Below, in pieces: positions 18,545 to 28,592 of a DNA stretch of 64,000 nt. The stretch's first letter is position 1, and every line of letters starts with the position of its first letter. Where the stretch lies: positions 1 to 64,000 of IMG/VR virus record IMGVR_UViG_3300025889_017816. One strand, written 5' to 3'. Both the position numbers and the translations under genes were made by a program. Under the pieces are notes generated by a model, which did not search any database, was not told the DNA's origin, and saw only the letters and a list, made by a program, of their open reading frames with translations. The stretch is from a virus.

Positions 18545-20015
18545 TTATGTTTACCGTTATAAGTTTATAATCGAACCCTTCTTCATTGTATATTTTTACT
18601 CTTTCAATCAAATGTTTCAATGTATAATTCTTATGGTTTTTCCATGATAAGTTATCGCCTATATCAAACAATTTGCATTTAGTTTTGTTCTCTCCTAATC
18701 TTAGTCCTCTACCTATACTTTGTAGATTTCTTATCCTAGATTTTGATGGAGACGCAAAAATAATATTATGTAAGTTTCTAATATTTATTCCTGTAGAAAA
18801 CGTACCGTATGAAGCAACAATGATTGCACTGTTTTCTTTTTCTGTAATATAACGGACTTGTTCTCTTTCTTCCGCGCCAACACCACCATGAACAAAGAAA
18901 ACCTTTCTGTCTGGTTCTTGTTTTCTTATAAGATCATATAAAATTTTTCCGTGTTTTTCTACATACTGAAACAACAGCAAAGTATTTCCTTTTTGATCTA
19001 TAGCTAAATTTTTAATGAAATTATTTCTCTTTGGATGTGTAACCAGCCAATCAATTTCTTCCTGATATGAAAATTTTTTACATAGCTGTTTTTCTTCGTC
19101 AGCATAATCCAACTGTAAACAGGTTATCTTTAAATTGGCTAATTGATTTTCATCCATTAACTGCCTTGTAGAAGTAACTTTATATGCAGGACCGAACAAA
19201 CCTTCAAGAACTAGTTTATGTGTTTTACTTCCATCCAAAGTTCCTGTTGTCCCAACTTTGAAATTTGCATTGACACATTTGGTCATAATAGAAGTTAACG
19301 ATTTACTTTTAAACAAATGTGCCTCATCACCATATATAACATCAAACTCTTCAAAATATTTTTTAGGTAATTTGTAAATACTTTGCCAGGTAGAAATAAT
19401 TACAGGAACATCATTAACCTTTTCTTTACCTGAATATATTCTAGTACAATTCTCAGAAACCTTCCATGTATCCTCACTAGCATAGTCAGCAAAATCACCA
19501 TACATCTGTTCAACCAAAGATGTGGTTGGTACAATAATTAATTGTTTTCTATTTTGTTTTTGATGCCATCTTACTAACGAGTATATCATTAAACTTTTGC
19601 CACTAGCAGTAGGAGAGAGTAACAAAGTTTTTTTATTTTTCAAAGCTCTAACTACACCGTCTATTTGATAATCTCTTATATTAATCTTTTTTCCTTTAGA
19701 ATGAAAATTTAACTCAGTTAGAAACCCTTCTAAGGGTGATATGTCCTCAACATCTTCTTTTAAATTATTAACAAAAGTATAATCATTCTTTTCACAAAAG
19801 ATTTTTACATACTCTGCAAGTCCTAAATATAATTCTCTTGTCATTACATTTAACAAACGGATTTTTCCATCCCACATTTTTGCTCTGTACATGGGAGTGA
19901 ATTGAGCACCAGGAACCATGAAGGTAAAAAAGTCACTCATTTCTAACAGAACATTTGGTTCTGCATCAACAAGGAGATGTACCTCGTTTTTCTTATGTAT
20001 GGTTACTTTGCTCAC
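18537..20015 (-). CDS. uvsW: RNA-DNA/DNA helicase UvsW
   Basis: WDGKIRL, SPTASGKS, DEAH, QSIGRGLR. Confidence 0.97.
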   Translation of the reverse strand: MSKVTIHKKNEVHLLVDAEPNVLLEMSDFFTFMVPGAQFTPMYRAKMWDGKIRLLNVMTRELYLGLAEYVKIFCEKNDYTFVNNLKEDVEDISPLEGFLTELNFHSKGKKINIRDYQIDGVVRALKNKKTLLLSPTASGKSLMIYSLVRWHQKQNRKQLIIVPTTSLVEQMYGDFADYASEDTWKVSENCTRIYSGKEKVNDVPVIISTWQSIYKLPKKYFEEFDVIYGDEAHLFKSKSLTSIMTKCVNANFKVGTTGTLDGSKTHKLVLEGLFGPAYKVTSTRQLMDENQLANLKITCLQLDYADEEKQLCKKFSYQEEIDWLVTHPKRNNFIKNLAIDQKGNTLLLFQYVEKHGKILYDLIRKQEPDRKVFFVHGGVGAEEREQVRYITEKENSAIIVASYGTFSTGINIRNLHNIIFASPSKSRIRNLQSIGRGLRLGENKTKCKLFDIGDNLSWKNHKNYTLKHLIERVKIYNEEGFDYKLITVNING

Positions 20016-20452
20016 AATCCACCGTTAGTAAATTTATACCATTCGATTGCAGATTTAATATCCCAAGTTCTGCTATTAATGCTACGAATAATTTGTTCTA
20101 AATGATAAACCAAAGTCTTAAGATATTCCACCTTATCTAAGATACGAATAATATCTTCATCCGAATTTACAATATCTTCTAATTCATTTTTTAGTGGACG
20201 ATTAAGTAAATAAGGTTCCCAACCCAAATCATCTAGTTCCTGCTTAGATAGCTCACCGCGGTAATAAGATGATTTTATTCTACGGAGTTTAATGTAATCA
20301 GTATCAGCTTTTCTAAGCTGTAATTTCAAAGTAGAAAGAATATTAATATATTTTGCATGAAGTTCTGGAACTCTAGCTGCAGCACGACCTAAATTGGTTT
20401 GATCAACCTTAGAGTCTTCTTCCCACATATTTTGCAAATCTTCTAGTTTCAT
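20012..20452 (-). CDS. uvsY: Recombination mediator UvsY
   Basis: W.EDSK.D, LHAKY, YY.G, R.W.IKSAIEW.KF..G. Confidence 0.93.
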   Translation of the reverse strand: MKLEDLQNMWEEDSKVDQTNLGRAAARVPELHAKYINILSTLKLQLRKADTDYIKLRRIKSSYYRGELSKQELDDLGWEPYLLNRPLKNELEDIVNSDEDIIRILDKVEYLKTLVYHLEQIIRSINSRTWDIKSAIEWYKFTNGGL

Positions 20453-20479
20453 TATTCACTCCTTGAATATCATACAAGG

Positions 20480-20508
20480 AATATAAAACATTTTAAATGA
20501 TTTGTCAA
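20480..20508 (-). promoter_or_regulatory. Sigma70-type promoter for uvsY-uvsW-gp55
   Basis: TTGACA-17 nt-TATATT. Confidence 0.8.
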
Positions 20509-20509
20509 G

Positions 20510-21121
20510 TTATAAAGTTTCGATTGTGAAATGACGATACTTAAATACTGCCTGTGCAGTAAAGTATCCTGGATCACCTGTGGTGATATCAAACTCTACA
20601 CCAGATAAAGAAGTGGGGAAACATTCAACAAAGTTTAGTCTAACAATAGGATTTCTATTACCATCAAGAACCATAAGAACAGCATCACTAAAATCCAAAG
20701 CATCTGTAGTTCTTAATGCAGGTGTGCCATCAGCATATGTTACTACACTATTATCAGGATTTCTGAATGCCTGTGATCTTTGTCTATCACGGAATTGACT
20801 ATGGTTTTCTGGGAATCCTAAACCTATAATCCAATTGTACAATTCAATGTAATTGGACATATCTTTTTGAATCATGAATTTTATGATTAAATCACCAAAA
20901 GTAATTTTTTCGCCTGGTTTACTAATATCCAAGAAGGGGGTTGGCTGTGTAGCAAACCCTAAATCTAAAGAAGGTAAATTTGCTGCCTGACAAAAATAAG
21001 TAACCTTAGGCAAACTTTGAATTATGAATCTGAAACCATTAGGTCTAAGATAATCTAATTCTTCGGGTTGCTTATTTTGCCACTGTGCTTCTTGGATTGT
21101 AATTTTTGATTGAGTAGGCAT
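20510..21121 (-). CDS. gp3: Tail tube terminator / tail completion protein
   Basis: YL.P.GF.F, YFCQAANLP, NYIE.YNWI.GLG, FPTSLS. Confidence 0.9.
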   Translation of the reverse strand: MPTQSKITIQEAQWQNKQPEELDYLRPNGFRFIIQSLPKVTYFCQAANLPSLDLGFATQPTPFLDISKPGEKITFGDLIIKFMIQKDMSNYIELYNWIIGLGFPENHSQFRDRQRSQAFRNPDNSVVTYADGTPALRTTDALDFSDAVLMVLDGNRNPIVRLNFVECFPTSLSGVEFDITTGDPGYFTAQAVFKYRHFTIETL

Positions 21122-21148
21122 AATCTTATTGGTTAAAGTATATAATAC

Positions 21149-21156
21149 TATTTATA
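21149..21156 (-). promoter_or_regulatory. T4-type late promoter (gp3)
   Basis: TATAAATA. Confidence 0.8.
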
Positions 21157-21163
21157 AGATAGC

Positions 21164-21199
21164 AAAAAATGGAGGGAACATCAAGTGCTCCCCCCATTT
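21164..21199 (-). terminator. Rho-independent terminator after gp23
   Basis: AAUGGGGGGAGCA / UGUUCCCUCCAUU stem followed by a U-run. Confidence 0.85.
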
Positions 21200-21223
21200 A
21201 ATGTTTTTAATGTAAAACAAATA

Positions 21224-22516
21224 TTACATTAAGTTTGTTACTGCCATTAAGCGGTAGTAGTGGTTACGATCAGCGGTGAATGTTGCGCCGTCTGTGTTAC
21301 CTGAACCGTCAACAACGAATGGGTTTGCGATCATGCCGTAGCGTGTCTTGAACCCAATCTTTGGCTGGAACGTGTCTGGATCAAGAGCACGAACCATTTG
21401 TAGAGGAACGTAAGGGCAGTAGAAAATACCTGCGTCATAAGCATTAGCACCTTTGTAACCTACTAGTAGGAACTGTGATGCTGCGTTTGTGTTGGCTGAG
21501 TATGGGTCGATGAAGACTTTGAAACGGCCATTCAATACGCCTGCGAATGTGTTACCTGTGTCGTCCATTGAAAGTGAATCGTTGCCTGAAAGGGCTGGTG
21601 TGTAGTCTAGCTTGCCTGCCATTGCTAGAGCTGCTGCAACGTCTGATGAGCAGACGATGAAGTTACCACGACCACGACGAGTCTCTTGTGCGATTACGTT
21701 AGCATCACGCTCGATCTGGAACATTAAGCCCTTGAAGCGCTCAACTGACCAACGGCCATTTGAATCAACATCAAGATCGAATGTACCAGGTGTTGCTGCT
21801 GATGCTGCGCCTGGCTTAGCAACCTTGTAAATTGTACGAATAACTTCACGGTTGATCTCAGCTAAGATCTCTTGTGAAAGAATATTTGACAACTCACTCT
21901 CAGCATCAAGACCATGAATTGCCTTCAAGTCTTGTGCCAATTCAACTGTGTACTCGGCCTTTAATGCACGTGTCTTGGCTGTAACGGTTGTCTTCTCAAT
22001 TGAGAATGCCATTTCACCAAAGTTTGTGCCTGTGCCTAGGTCCTCAGCAGTTGCTGTTGAAAGACCTACACCAGTTGTGAATGTACCTGATACTGGGTTT
22101 GAACCAGCGTGTGTGCCTGAGCCTGAGAAGTCTGTGTCGGCTTCATTGAATAGAGCCTCTGCGCCATTCATTGCTGAATAACGTGACTTCATGGCGAAGA
22201 TCAAACCTGTTGGACCTGTCATTGGCTGAACGCCAGCAACATCATAAGCCATCAAGTTTGGTAGTGAACGACGAACCAATGAAATAAGAATTGGATCGTA
22301 TGTGTCTAGGTTGTCAGCACCACCAGTAGTGGCCTGTGCAACGTTGTTTGCTGGGATTGCTTCGAAGAGTGCCTGCTTCTCCTCACGGAGTGCTCTTTGC
22401 TGGTTCTCCAAAACAACAGCAGTTACAGCACGCTTGTACTGATCTTGAATCTTTGGAAGATTCTCATGATCGAGGACAGGTGCCCACTTCTTTTGAAGAT
22501 TCTCTGATAAAAACAT
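21224..22516 (-). CDS. gp23: Major capsid protein
   Basis: GVQPMTGPTGLIFAM, RALKAEY, ELAQDLKA, YCPYVPL, IGFKTRYG. Confidence 0.99.
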   Translation of the reverse strand: MFLSENLQKKWAPVLDHENLPKIQDQYKRAVTAVVLENQQRALREEKQALFEAIPANNVAQATTGGADNLDTYDPILISLVRRSLPNLMAYDVAGVQPMTGPTGLIFAMKSRYSAMNGAEALFNEADTDFSGSGTHAGSNPVSGTFTTGVGLSTATAEDLGTGTNFGEMAFSIEKTTVTAKTRALKAEYTVELAQDLKAIHGLDAESELSNILSQEILAEINREVIRTIYKVAKPGAASAATPGTFDLDVDSNGRWSVERFKGLMFQIERDANVIAQETRRGRGNFIVCSSDVAAALAMAGKLDYTPALSGNDSLSMDDTGNTFAGVLNGRFKVFIDPYSANTNAASQFLLVGYKGANAYDAGIFYCPYVPLQMVRALDPDTFQPKIGFKTRYGMIANPFVVDGSGNTDGATFTADRNHYYRLMAVTNLM

Positions 22517-22554
22517 TTAAGTTCTCCTGGTTAATTATGTTTAAACCTTATTAT

Positions 22555-22562
22555 TATTTATA
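22555..22562 (-). promoter_or_regulatory. T4-type late promoter (gp23)
   Basis: TATAAATA. Confidence 0.85.
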
Positions 22563-22574
22563 AGAGTTTGGACT

Positions 22575-23912
22575 TTAAAACTTTGTTCTAGAAATCATTT
22601 CTGCATACTTGTTGACAAAAGTATCAGAAACTTCTTCGGTTGAATTCTCAACGTCTTCCTGAATTGGAGATGTTGCGTTTGACTTAGGGAAGAAATTAGC
22701 CTTAACTACTGTAACTTTTTCTTCAAATAATTCCTCTGACTCAAAAACGACATCTTCTACTAGGCCGCGAAGTTTCTCAACTTCTGTCTGGGCCAAATCT
22801 GATGAAACCTTGTTAACAATGATTTCACGTTTTGCTTCAACGAGTTGTTCTGCAAGAGAAATAGCATCTTCGATTTTTGTATTGACTGATTCAGTTAATT
22901 CATCAATCTGTGCTTGCATTTCGCCTAAAACGTCATACTTCTCTTCTGGAACATCAATGTAGTGTTCAGTAAATAGAACACGAAGACCTGCAATGAAATC
23001 CTCAGTAATCTCGTTACGAAGACCATTTTCAATTGCAACTTGGTTCTGCTCTAACCACTGCTCTGCAACATAGGAAAGATAAGAATCAATCTTGTTAACT
23101 AGAGCCTCTTGCATTTGGACAACTGTATTAGCTGCCTCTTCTGCAAGAACGTCTTGGAGTTGCTCAACTTCATGAGCAACACGGGCTGTTACTACAGCCT
23201 CAAACAATGAAGCGGCCTTGGACTTGAATTCTTCAGATAGCTCAGTTTCCTCAGCAAATAGATTTTCAACATCTTTTGCTAATTCTTCTTTAACCTTTGC
23301 CATCTTCATTTTCTCTTCTTCGTCCTCGTCCTCTTCATCCTCTTCTTCATCTTCCATTTTGGCTTCTTCAATTTCATCTTCTACTAACTCATACTCTGAC
23401 TTTTCCTCATCGGAAAGAGCATTGTATTCGTCTTCAGAAATGATTTCCTCAGCCTCAACTTCTGACTCCTGAAGTTCTTCTGTTTCAGCCTCAGCCTCGA
23501 TTTCCTCGCGCTGAACCTGACCTTTTGTATCCATGCTTAGGATGTCAGCAAACTTCTTGAAGTTTGGTGCTTCACCTGGACCTTGGCCTGCTGGTAAAGT
23601 ACTGTCCTTTGATGTTGCACTTGCTGCATCACGACCGGCTGTTTCTTCATCTGACTCCTGATCAACATCAGCGTCTTCAGAACTACCTTGCTTCATAGGT
23701 TGAGCTTCTTTAGCACCAACACCTGCTGCTAAAGGAGCACTGGCCTGACGCATATTTGCACCAGCCTTTGAACCAAGCGGTAGAGTTTCGACAGCGGGCT
23801 TTTCTGAGCTGCCTTGCATAGGTGCTGACTCTTCCTTGTTTTTGCCCATACCAGGAAAAGCTTCATCTAGCTTTTGGCTCATAAGCTCTCTAATCTTGTT
23901 TTCTACAGACAT
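22575..23912 (-). CDS. gp22: Prohead core scaffold protein with extended N-terminus
   Basis: LSEEFK.KA..LFEA.V, YL.YV..QW...N, F.EHYI.VPEEK. Confidence 0.93.
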   Translation of the reverse strand: MSVENKIRELMSQKLDEAFPGMGKNKEESAPMQGSSEKPAVETLPLGSKAGANMRQASAPLAAGVGAKEAQPMKQGSSEDADVDQESDEETAGRDAASATSKDSTLPAGQGPGEAPNFKKFADILSMDTKGQVQREEIEAEAETEELQESEVEAEEIISEDEYNALSDEEKSEYELVEDEIEEAKMEDEEEDEEDEDEEEKMKMAKVKEELAKDVENLFAEETELSEEFKSKAASLFEAVVTARVAHEVEQLQDVLAEEAANTVVQMQEALVNKIDSYLSYVAEQWLEQNQVAIENGLRNEITEDFIAGLRVLFTEHYIDVPEEKYDVLGEMQAQIDELTESVNTKIEDAISLAEQLVEAKREIIVNKVSSDLAQTEVEKLRGLVEDVVFESEELFEEKVTVVKANFFPKSNATSPIQEDVENSTEEVSDTFVNKYAEMISRTKF

Positions 23913-23951
23913 TGATTTTCTCCTAATGTAGTGTTATCAAAATTGTAATAT

Positions 23952-23959
23952 TATTTATA
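23952..23959 (-). promoter_or_regulatory. T4-type late promoter (gp22)
   Basis: TATAAATA. Confidence 0.8.
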
Positions 23960-23963
23960 AGAC

Positions 23964-24614
23964 CTATATCTTTGAAATCCTATTTAAGAAACTTTCAAAC
24001 ATTTTAAACTTCACATCTTCTAATTGTTTCTTATTTGTTGCCTCAATCAACTTCCTTGTTTCGTCAATGTTTTGATAGGTCCATTGTCCATTAACGAACA
24101 TCCATTCTTTATTCTCCATTATACCCTGAACAAACGCATCTGGAGCTGAAGGATCTGCTACGATATCAGCTGCTGTTGCAAGAAAGAAATCATCTTGAAC
24201 TTCATTGATACCATCTGAATTTTCTTTTAAAGAACCTAAACCTCTGGAAGAAACGCCTAGCTGTGCGCCGCCTTCGATAAGATTCTTAACAATGTTTCCC
24301 ATAGGTGTTTCAAGAATTTTTGCACGACCAACATAATTATTACCATCTTCTTTTAAAGAAGTAATAATATGTGATACACGATCTAAATTAATTGTTGGGC
24401 CATCCGGATGTCCTAACTCACCAAAAGCACGTTTTGCTTCAACATACTCTTTAATGTAACGTTGTACTTCACGTTCCATTACTGGCTTAGGATATATTCT
24501 TTTATTTCTATTAGCAACTTCGCTTTGTAGAAAAACACCTTCGATAAAAAGACCTTTGCCTTTTTCTTCATTAATTACTTGTACGGTTTCAACAATTTCG
24601 GCAATAAGTTTCAT
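23964..24614 (-). CDS. gp21: Prohead protease
   Basis: NRN.R.YP, GELGHP, GVSSRG.GS, DIVADPSAPDAFV. Confidence 0.97.
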   Translation of the reverse strand: MKLIAEIVETVQVINEEKGKGLFIEGVFLQSEVANRNKRIYPKPVMEREVQRYIKEYVEAKRAFGELGHPDGPTINLDRVSHIITSLKEDGNNYVGRAKILETPMGNIVKNLIEGGAQLGVSSRGLGSLKENSDGINEVQDDFFLATAADIVADPSAPDAFVQGIMENKEWMFVNGQWTYQNIDETRKLIEATNKKQLEDVKFKMFESFLNRISKI

Positions 24615-24626
24615 TGTAACCCCTTA

Positions 24627-25286
24627 TTAATTTACGTTTTGATTTAGGTGTTGTGCGTCACTGTAACCACTTACTTTGGTTAATTCGACAATAACAGTTG
24701 CACCACTAGCTGGTGTAACAACAACAATGTCACTTGCATTTTCGCGGTTATCGGTCCAACCATTAAATTGTAAATCATCGGAGCCTGATAAGGTCCAAGT
24801 TACAACTGAATTTCTTGTAATAGTTGCAGTTTCGTCATATGAACCTACAGCCCATGTAACTGAAGTTATATTAACAACAGGCGATGAACCATATTGTCCC
24901 TTGTATAATTTATGTGTTGTTCCAGTACCTAGTCCTGTTAGATCAACAACTACAGGTGTTGCTGCTGTAGCATTTGCAAATGTTGTTGCCAGTTTAATGG
25001 TATTTGCGTCAATAACTACAACAAAGTATGTTGCTTCATGAGCTAATCCAGTAATTACAGCACCGCCACCATGGGAATAAACTACTCTATCACCAGTTGC
25101 CAGACCATGAGAGGCTGAAACAATACTATCGCTGGCAAGAACAACTACAGCGGCGTTTGTTGCATCAAAGGTTTTTACAGTCCCATAAAGAATATCTACA
25201 TCTAGGTCAATAGTTTCAGTAGCACTATTTCCTGAAACAGCAACCACACAATGTATTGGTGTGTTTTTTAATACGGTCTTTGCCAT
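24627..25286 (-). CDS. Virion (head-region) protein carrying an inserted HG..GD.V.Y beta-domain
   Basis: Located between core genes and gp21; HGLATGDRVVY...YFVVVIDANTIKLAT insert. Confidence 0.6.
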   Translation of the reverse strand: MAKTVLKNTPIHCVVAVSGNSATETIDLDVDILYGTVKTFDATNAAVVVLASDSIVSASHGLATGDRVVYSHGGGAVITGLAHEATYFVVVIDANTIKLATTFANATAATPVVVDLTGLGTGTTHKLYKGQYGSSPVVNITSVTWAVGSYDETATITRNSVVTWTLSGSDDLQFNGWTDNRENASDIVVVTPASGATVIVELTKVSGYSDAQHLNQNVN

Positions 25287-25303
25287 TAGGTTTTACTCCT
25301 AGT

Positions 25304-25894
25304 TTATTCTTTTGATTTACTGTTCATATATTGGGCAGCAGTAACTACATAATCTTCAGCTAAAGTTATTTTCCCTTGTACCCATTCAGGTAAATTGGTA
25401 TCATCCTTTAACATATCATGTAACATCTGTGCATTATGTATTATAGTACGAAGTTGAGATTTTGCCATGTCGCCTTCGTAATCATATTCTCCTTTATCTA
25501 CTTGCTCAGAACGTGCGGCGTAATTACCTGGTGCACGATCTTGATCTTGTCTGCCTGATACTGGCCTGCGTGCCAACTGTTTGCGACCTGCTCTTTTAAA
25601 ATCAGCAGGTGACTGTGGGTCACCGCCCCATTTGCTTGGTACATCACGCTTTGGGTCAGCAACAGGTGGACGGCCACCTACCTTTTGAACAAAAGCATTT
25701 TTCTTTGCTTTGTTTACAGGATTGCCTTCGTCGATCTGTTCCATATCTTCGCGCATAGCCATCTTTGTAGCAGTAGCATACATAACATCTTTTGCTCTGC
25801 TACCATATCTTTTACGGAAATCTTTGAAAGACTTCTTCATTGACTTTACGATTTCCTCGCGCTTTTTCATATCCGCATCAGACATAGTTGCCAT
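25304..25894 (-). CDS. Prohead core / internal head protein
   Basis: KREEIVKSMKK...VMYATATK.A and EYDYEG.MAK.QL...LPEWVQ.KI modules; gp67/68 position. Confidence 0.65.
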   Translation of the reverse strand: MATMSDADMKKREEIVKSMKKSFKDFRKRYGSRAKDVMYATATKMAMREDMEQIDEGNPVNKAKKNAFVQKVGGRPPVADPKRDVPSKWGGDPQSPADFKRAGRKQLARRPVSGRQDQDRAPGNYAARSEQVDKGEYDYEGDMAKSQLRTIIHNAQMLHDMLKDDTNLPEWVQGKITLAEDYVVTAAQYMNSKSKE

Positions 25895-25895
25895 T

Positions 25896-26465
25896 TTACT
25901 GTCCTGAACTTCTCATAGCTTGCATATCGGCTTTTGCTAATTGACGAGCTTTTTCCATTTCTGGGCTTCTAGCTTTTTTCTTAGCAGGTGATGGGGCAGG
26001 AGCTGCTGCAACTTTCTTTGGACGCCCACGTGGACGCTTAGCTGCTTCTTTTGCCTTTTCTGCTCTTTTTTGTTTTTCTGCTCTGTATGTAGCAATTGCA
26101 GAAGCTGCATCCATAGAAGGTCTCTTAGCTGCTGAAACTATGGCCTCATCAACTTGTGTTTCTTCCTTCATGCCTTTCTTTCTGAAGCGAAGCATTTTGA
26201 AATCCTGGGCATCAAGTTTACCATTTTTGTTCATATCAATGTTTTTCTGAGCACCTTTTAATTCTTCATCAACTTCTGTTTCTTCATCACATTCTGAGCA
26301 TCCAGTAAACATAGATTGTGCAACTTCATTCTTTTTTTGATTTAATGTATCGTCTATCTTTGTCATCATGATAGCATTGAACATTTTTTCAGCATCAAAA
26401 GAATTTCCAGATTCAATAGCATCTATCATGTCGTTAATGGTTTCTAATAATGTTTCGTTATTCAT
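25896..26465 (-). CDS. gp67-like prohead core protein with EF-hand-like loop and AT-hook
   Basis: Directly downstream of the portal; DMNKNGKLDAQD; KRPRGRPKK. Confidence 0.65.
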   Translation of the reverse strand: MNNETLLETINDMIDAIESGNSFDAEKMFNAIMMTKIDDTLNQKKNEVAQSMFTGCSECDEETEVDEELKGAQKNIDMNKNGKLDAQDFKMLRFRKKGMKEETQVDEAIVSAAKRPSMDAASAIATYRAEKQKRAEKAKEAAKRPRGRPKKVAAAPAPSPAKKKARSPEMEKARQLAKADMQAMRSSGQ

Positions 26466-28027
26466 TGTTCTTCCTCTTCAGGTTGATTTTGTTGCATTTG
26501 CATTTGTTGACTATGTGTGTCTACCATATCATCATGAGCTTGCATTACATTTTCATGTCCTGCTTTGTCTTGGTTTTCTTTTTCTATATCAGAAATTTCT
26601 TCGTCAGATAATCTTAAAATATTCTTTTGAATATAACTTTTACTTACATATGTTCCGTCAAACTGAGCCAATTGTCCAACCAATTCTGCTCTTGAACGAA
26701 TAATTTCCTGATCTTTACTTTCTGCATAATATGCATCAGATGTAAATTGATAATGTATATCTTGACGCATTTTTTCCCAATCTTCTTCAGTTAATACACC
26801 TTTTAATACAAGATTGGTTTTTAATAAATCTTCAAAAATTCTTGAGAATTGTCTACGAAGTTTGTTAAGAAATTTTGTAAACTTTAATTCGTCACGATTA
26901 ATTTCTGCTGCTCTTCCAAAATTTAAACCTTGTGCTTGCTGCAATCTTGAAACAGGAACATATAAACTCTCATATAACTTACGTTGGAAATATTCAATAT
27001 CTTGGATTTCTCCTAGATTTTGTCCTCCAGGTAATGTATCAATTTGTGTTCCTCTTCCACCTTCACGACGAGGTAGCCAGAAATCTTCTAACAAACTCAT
27101 TGTCTTTTTATCATCACGAATCTCACCTGTATTGGCATCGTAAACTAATTTGTTACGATAACGATTCATGATGTCTTTCAAATATTGTTCTGCTTTCAAT
27201 TTAGGTAAGTTACCTACATCAATATAAAATATTCTTCTTTCAGGTGCTCTTGCTAACCTGTAAATAACTAGAGCATTTTCCATCATACGAAGTTGGTTTG
27301 CTGGCTTAATTGCCTTGTGCAAATAACCCAAAACCAAATTATTATCTAGATCCATTAACCCAGAAGGAGCATAACAAATAGCGTCTTTAGTAATTTTCAA
27401 ACCTTGACTTGACACAGATGAAGAATGTATGTTTGATGCTCCATGTATACCATTTTGGTGATACATGAAAAATTCTTCAACCTTAGTTACAAATTCAGCT
27501 CCTGTCTTAGGATCTTTTTGTTTACTAACATTACGAATTTTTCTGATCTTTCTAGGATCAATATAACGAATATCAGTTATACCTTGTTTAGGTTTTGCTG
27601 TATCAATGACTTTATGAAAGTAAATTCTTCCGTCAACATACCATCTACGGAAATAATCATGTGCTCTTTCATTAAATCTTAATAAAGTAAGAACCTCTTC
27701 AAATTCTTTTTCTATTGCTTTTTTAATTGTTGCAGATGTTTTTAAATTTGACAAATCAAGTTCTACTGGAACCTCATCATCAACATTTGCAATTGATTCA
27801 TTAACAATATCGTCAATTGCTGCATCCACATCGGCGAACAAAGAAATCTCACGATATCTTTTAATTAACTCACTCTCATTTTTAGCTGCACCATCAAGGT
27901 CAAGATAGGTACCATAGTACCCACCCGCTCTGACGGTATCTAAAGCCCCATCATCGGAAGGCGGCACAAACGATCTTTCCGTCTGTGCCGGTTCCTTCCT
28001 TTTGATGGTATACCCAAATATATCCAT
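26462..28027 (-). CDS. gp20: Portal protein
   Basis: RAPERRIFYIDVGNLPK.KAEQY, EDFWLPRREGGRGT. Confidence 0.99.
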   Translation of the reverse strand: MDIFGYTIKRKEPAQTERSFVPPSDDGALDTVRAGGYYGTYLDLDGAAKNESELIKRYREISLFADVDAAIDDIVNESIANVDDEVPVELDLSNLKTSATIKKAIEKEFEEVLTLLRFNERAHDYFRRWYVDGRIYFHKVIDTAKPKQGITDIRYIDPRKIRKIRNVSKQKDPKTGAEFVTKVEEFFMYHQNGIHGASNIHSSSVSSQGLKITKDAICYAPSGLMDLDNNLVLGYLHKAIKPANQLRMMENALVIYRLARAPERRIFYIDVGNLPKLKAEQYLKDIMNRYRNKLVYDANTGEIRDDKKTMSLLEDFWLPRREGGRGTQIDTLPGGQNLGEIQDIEYFQRKLYESLYVPVSRLQQAQGLNFGRAAEINRDELKFTKFLNKLRRQFSRIFEDLLKTNLVLKGVLTEEDWEKMRQDIHYQFTSDAYYAESKDQEIIRSRAELVGQLAQFDGTYVSKSYIQKNILRLSDEEISDIEKENQDKAGHENVMQAHDDMVDTHSQQMQMQQNQPEEEEQ

Positions 28028-28050
28028 AATATTTTTACCTAGTTTTTAGA

Positions 28051-28566
28051 TTAAGCGGGAGAAACTTCAAAGTGAATGTACTGGAAAGTAACATTGAACT
28101 CTGAAATTACATCGTTAGCACTGTATGCTAAACCAACTTCTGAAACAGTAATTGGGAAAGCATTGTAAATTGTATACTTACGAATTACAGCATCATTTCT
28201 ATCTAATTGTGCAACTTCTAAATCACACATATATGATGATGGTGCTAATGATCCACCGTTATCTACATAGTTATTCATTAAGTTTGACCAACCTTCAAAT
28301 AATTGGCGTAGACGCATTGATGTGTCGTTCAATACAGTAATGGTCCAAGGATCAAATGTACGCTCGCCCGCCAATTTAATTTCACGACCTCTATATGTTA
28401 CCACAGTTGGGTTAACGTTTGAGGCAGGAAGTGCTGCTGCAGTTACAAGCAATGAATCATCACTTGAGCCTGCGCCAACAGCAGCTGGGAAGGTTAACGT
28501 AACTAAAAATTGATTTGGACGTGCACCACCTGCGCCTAACTTATTCTTAAATTGTGAAATATCCAT
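28051..28566 (-). CDS. gp19: Tail tube protein
   Basis: GGARPNQF, GERTFDPWTITV.ND, EF.VTF.Y. Confidence 0.96.
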   Translation of the reverse strand: MDISQFKNKLGAGGARPNQFLVTLTFPAAVGAGSSDDSLLVTAAALPASNVNPTVVTYRGREIKLAGERTFDPWTITVLNDTSMRLRQLFEGWSNLMNNYVDNGGSLAPSSYMCDLEVAQLDRNDAVIRKYTIYNAFPITVSEVGLAYSANDVISEFNVTFQYIHFEVSPA

Positions 28567-28592
28567 TAGTTAATTTTCTCCTATAAGTTTGT

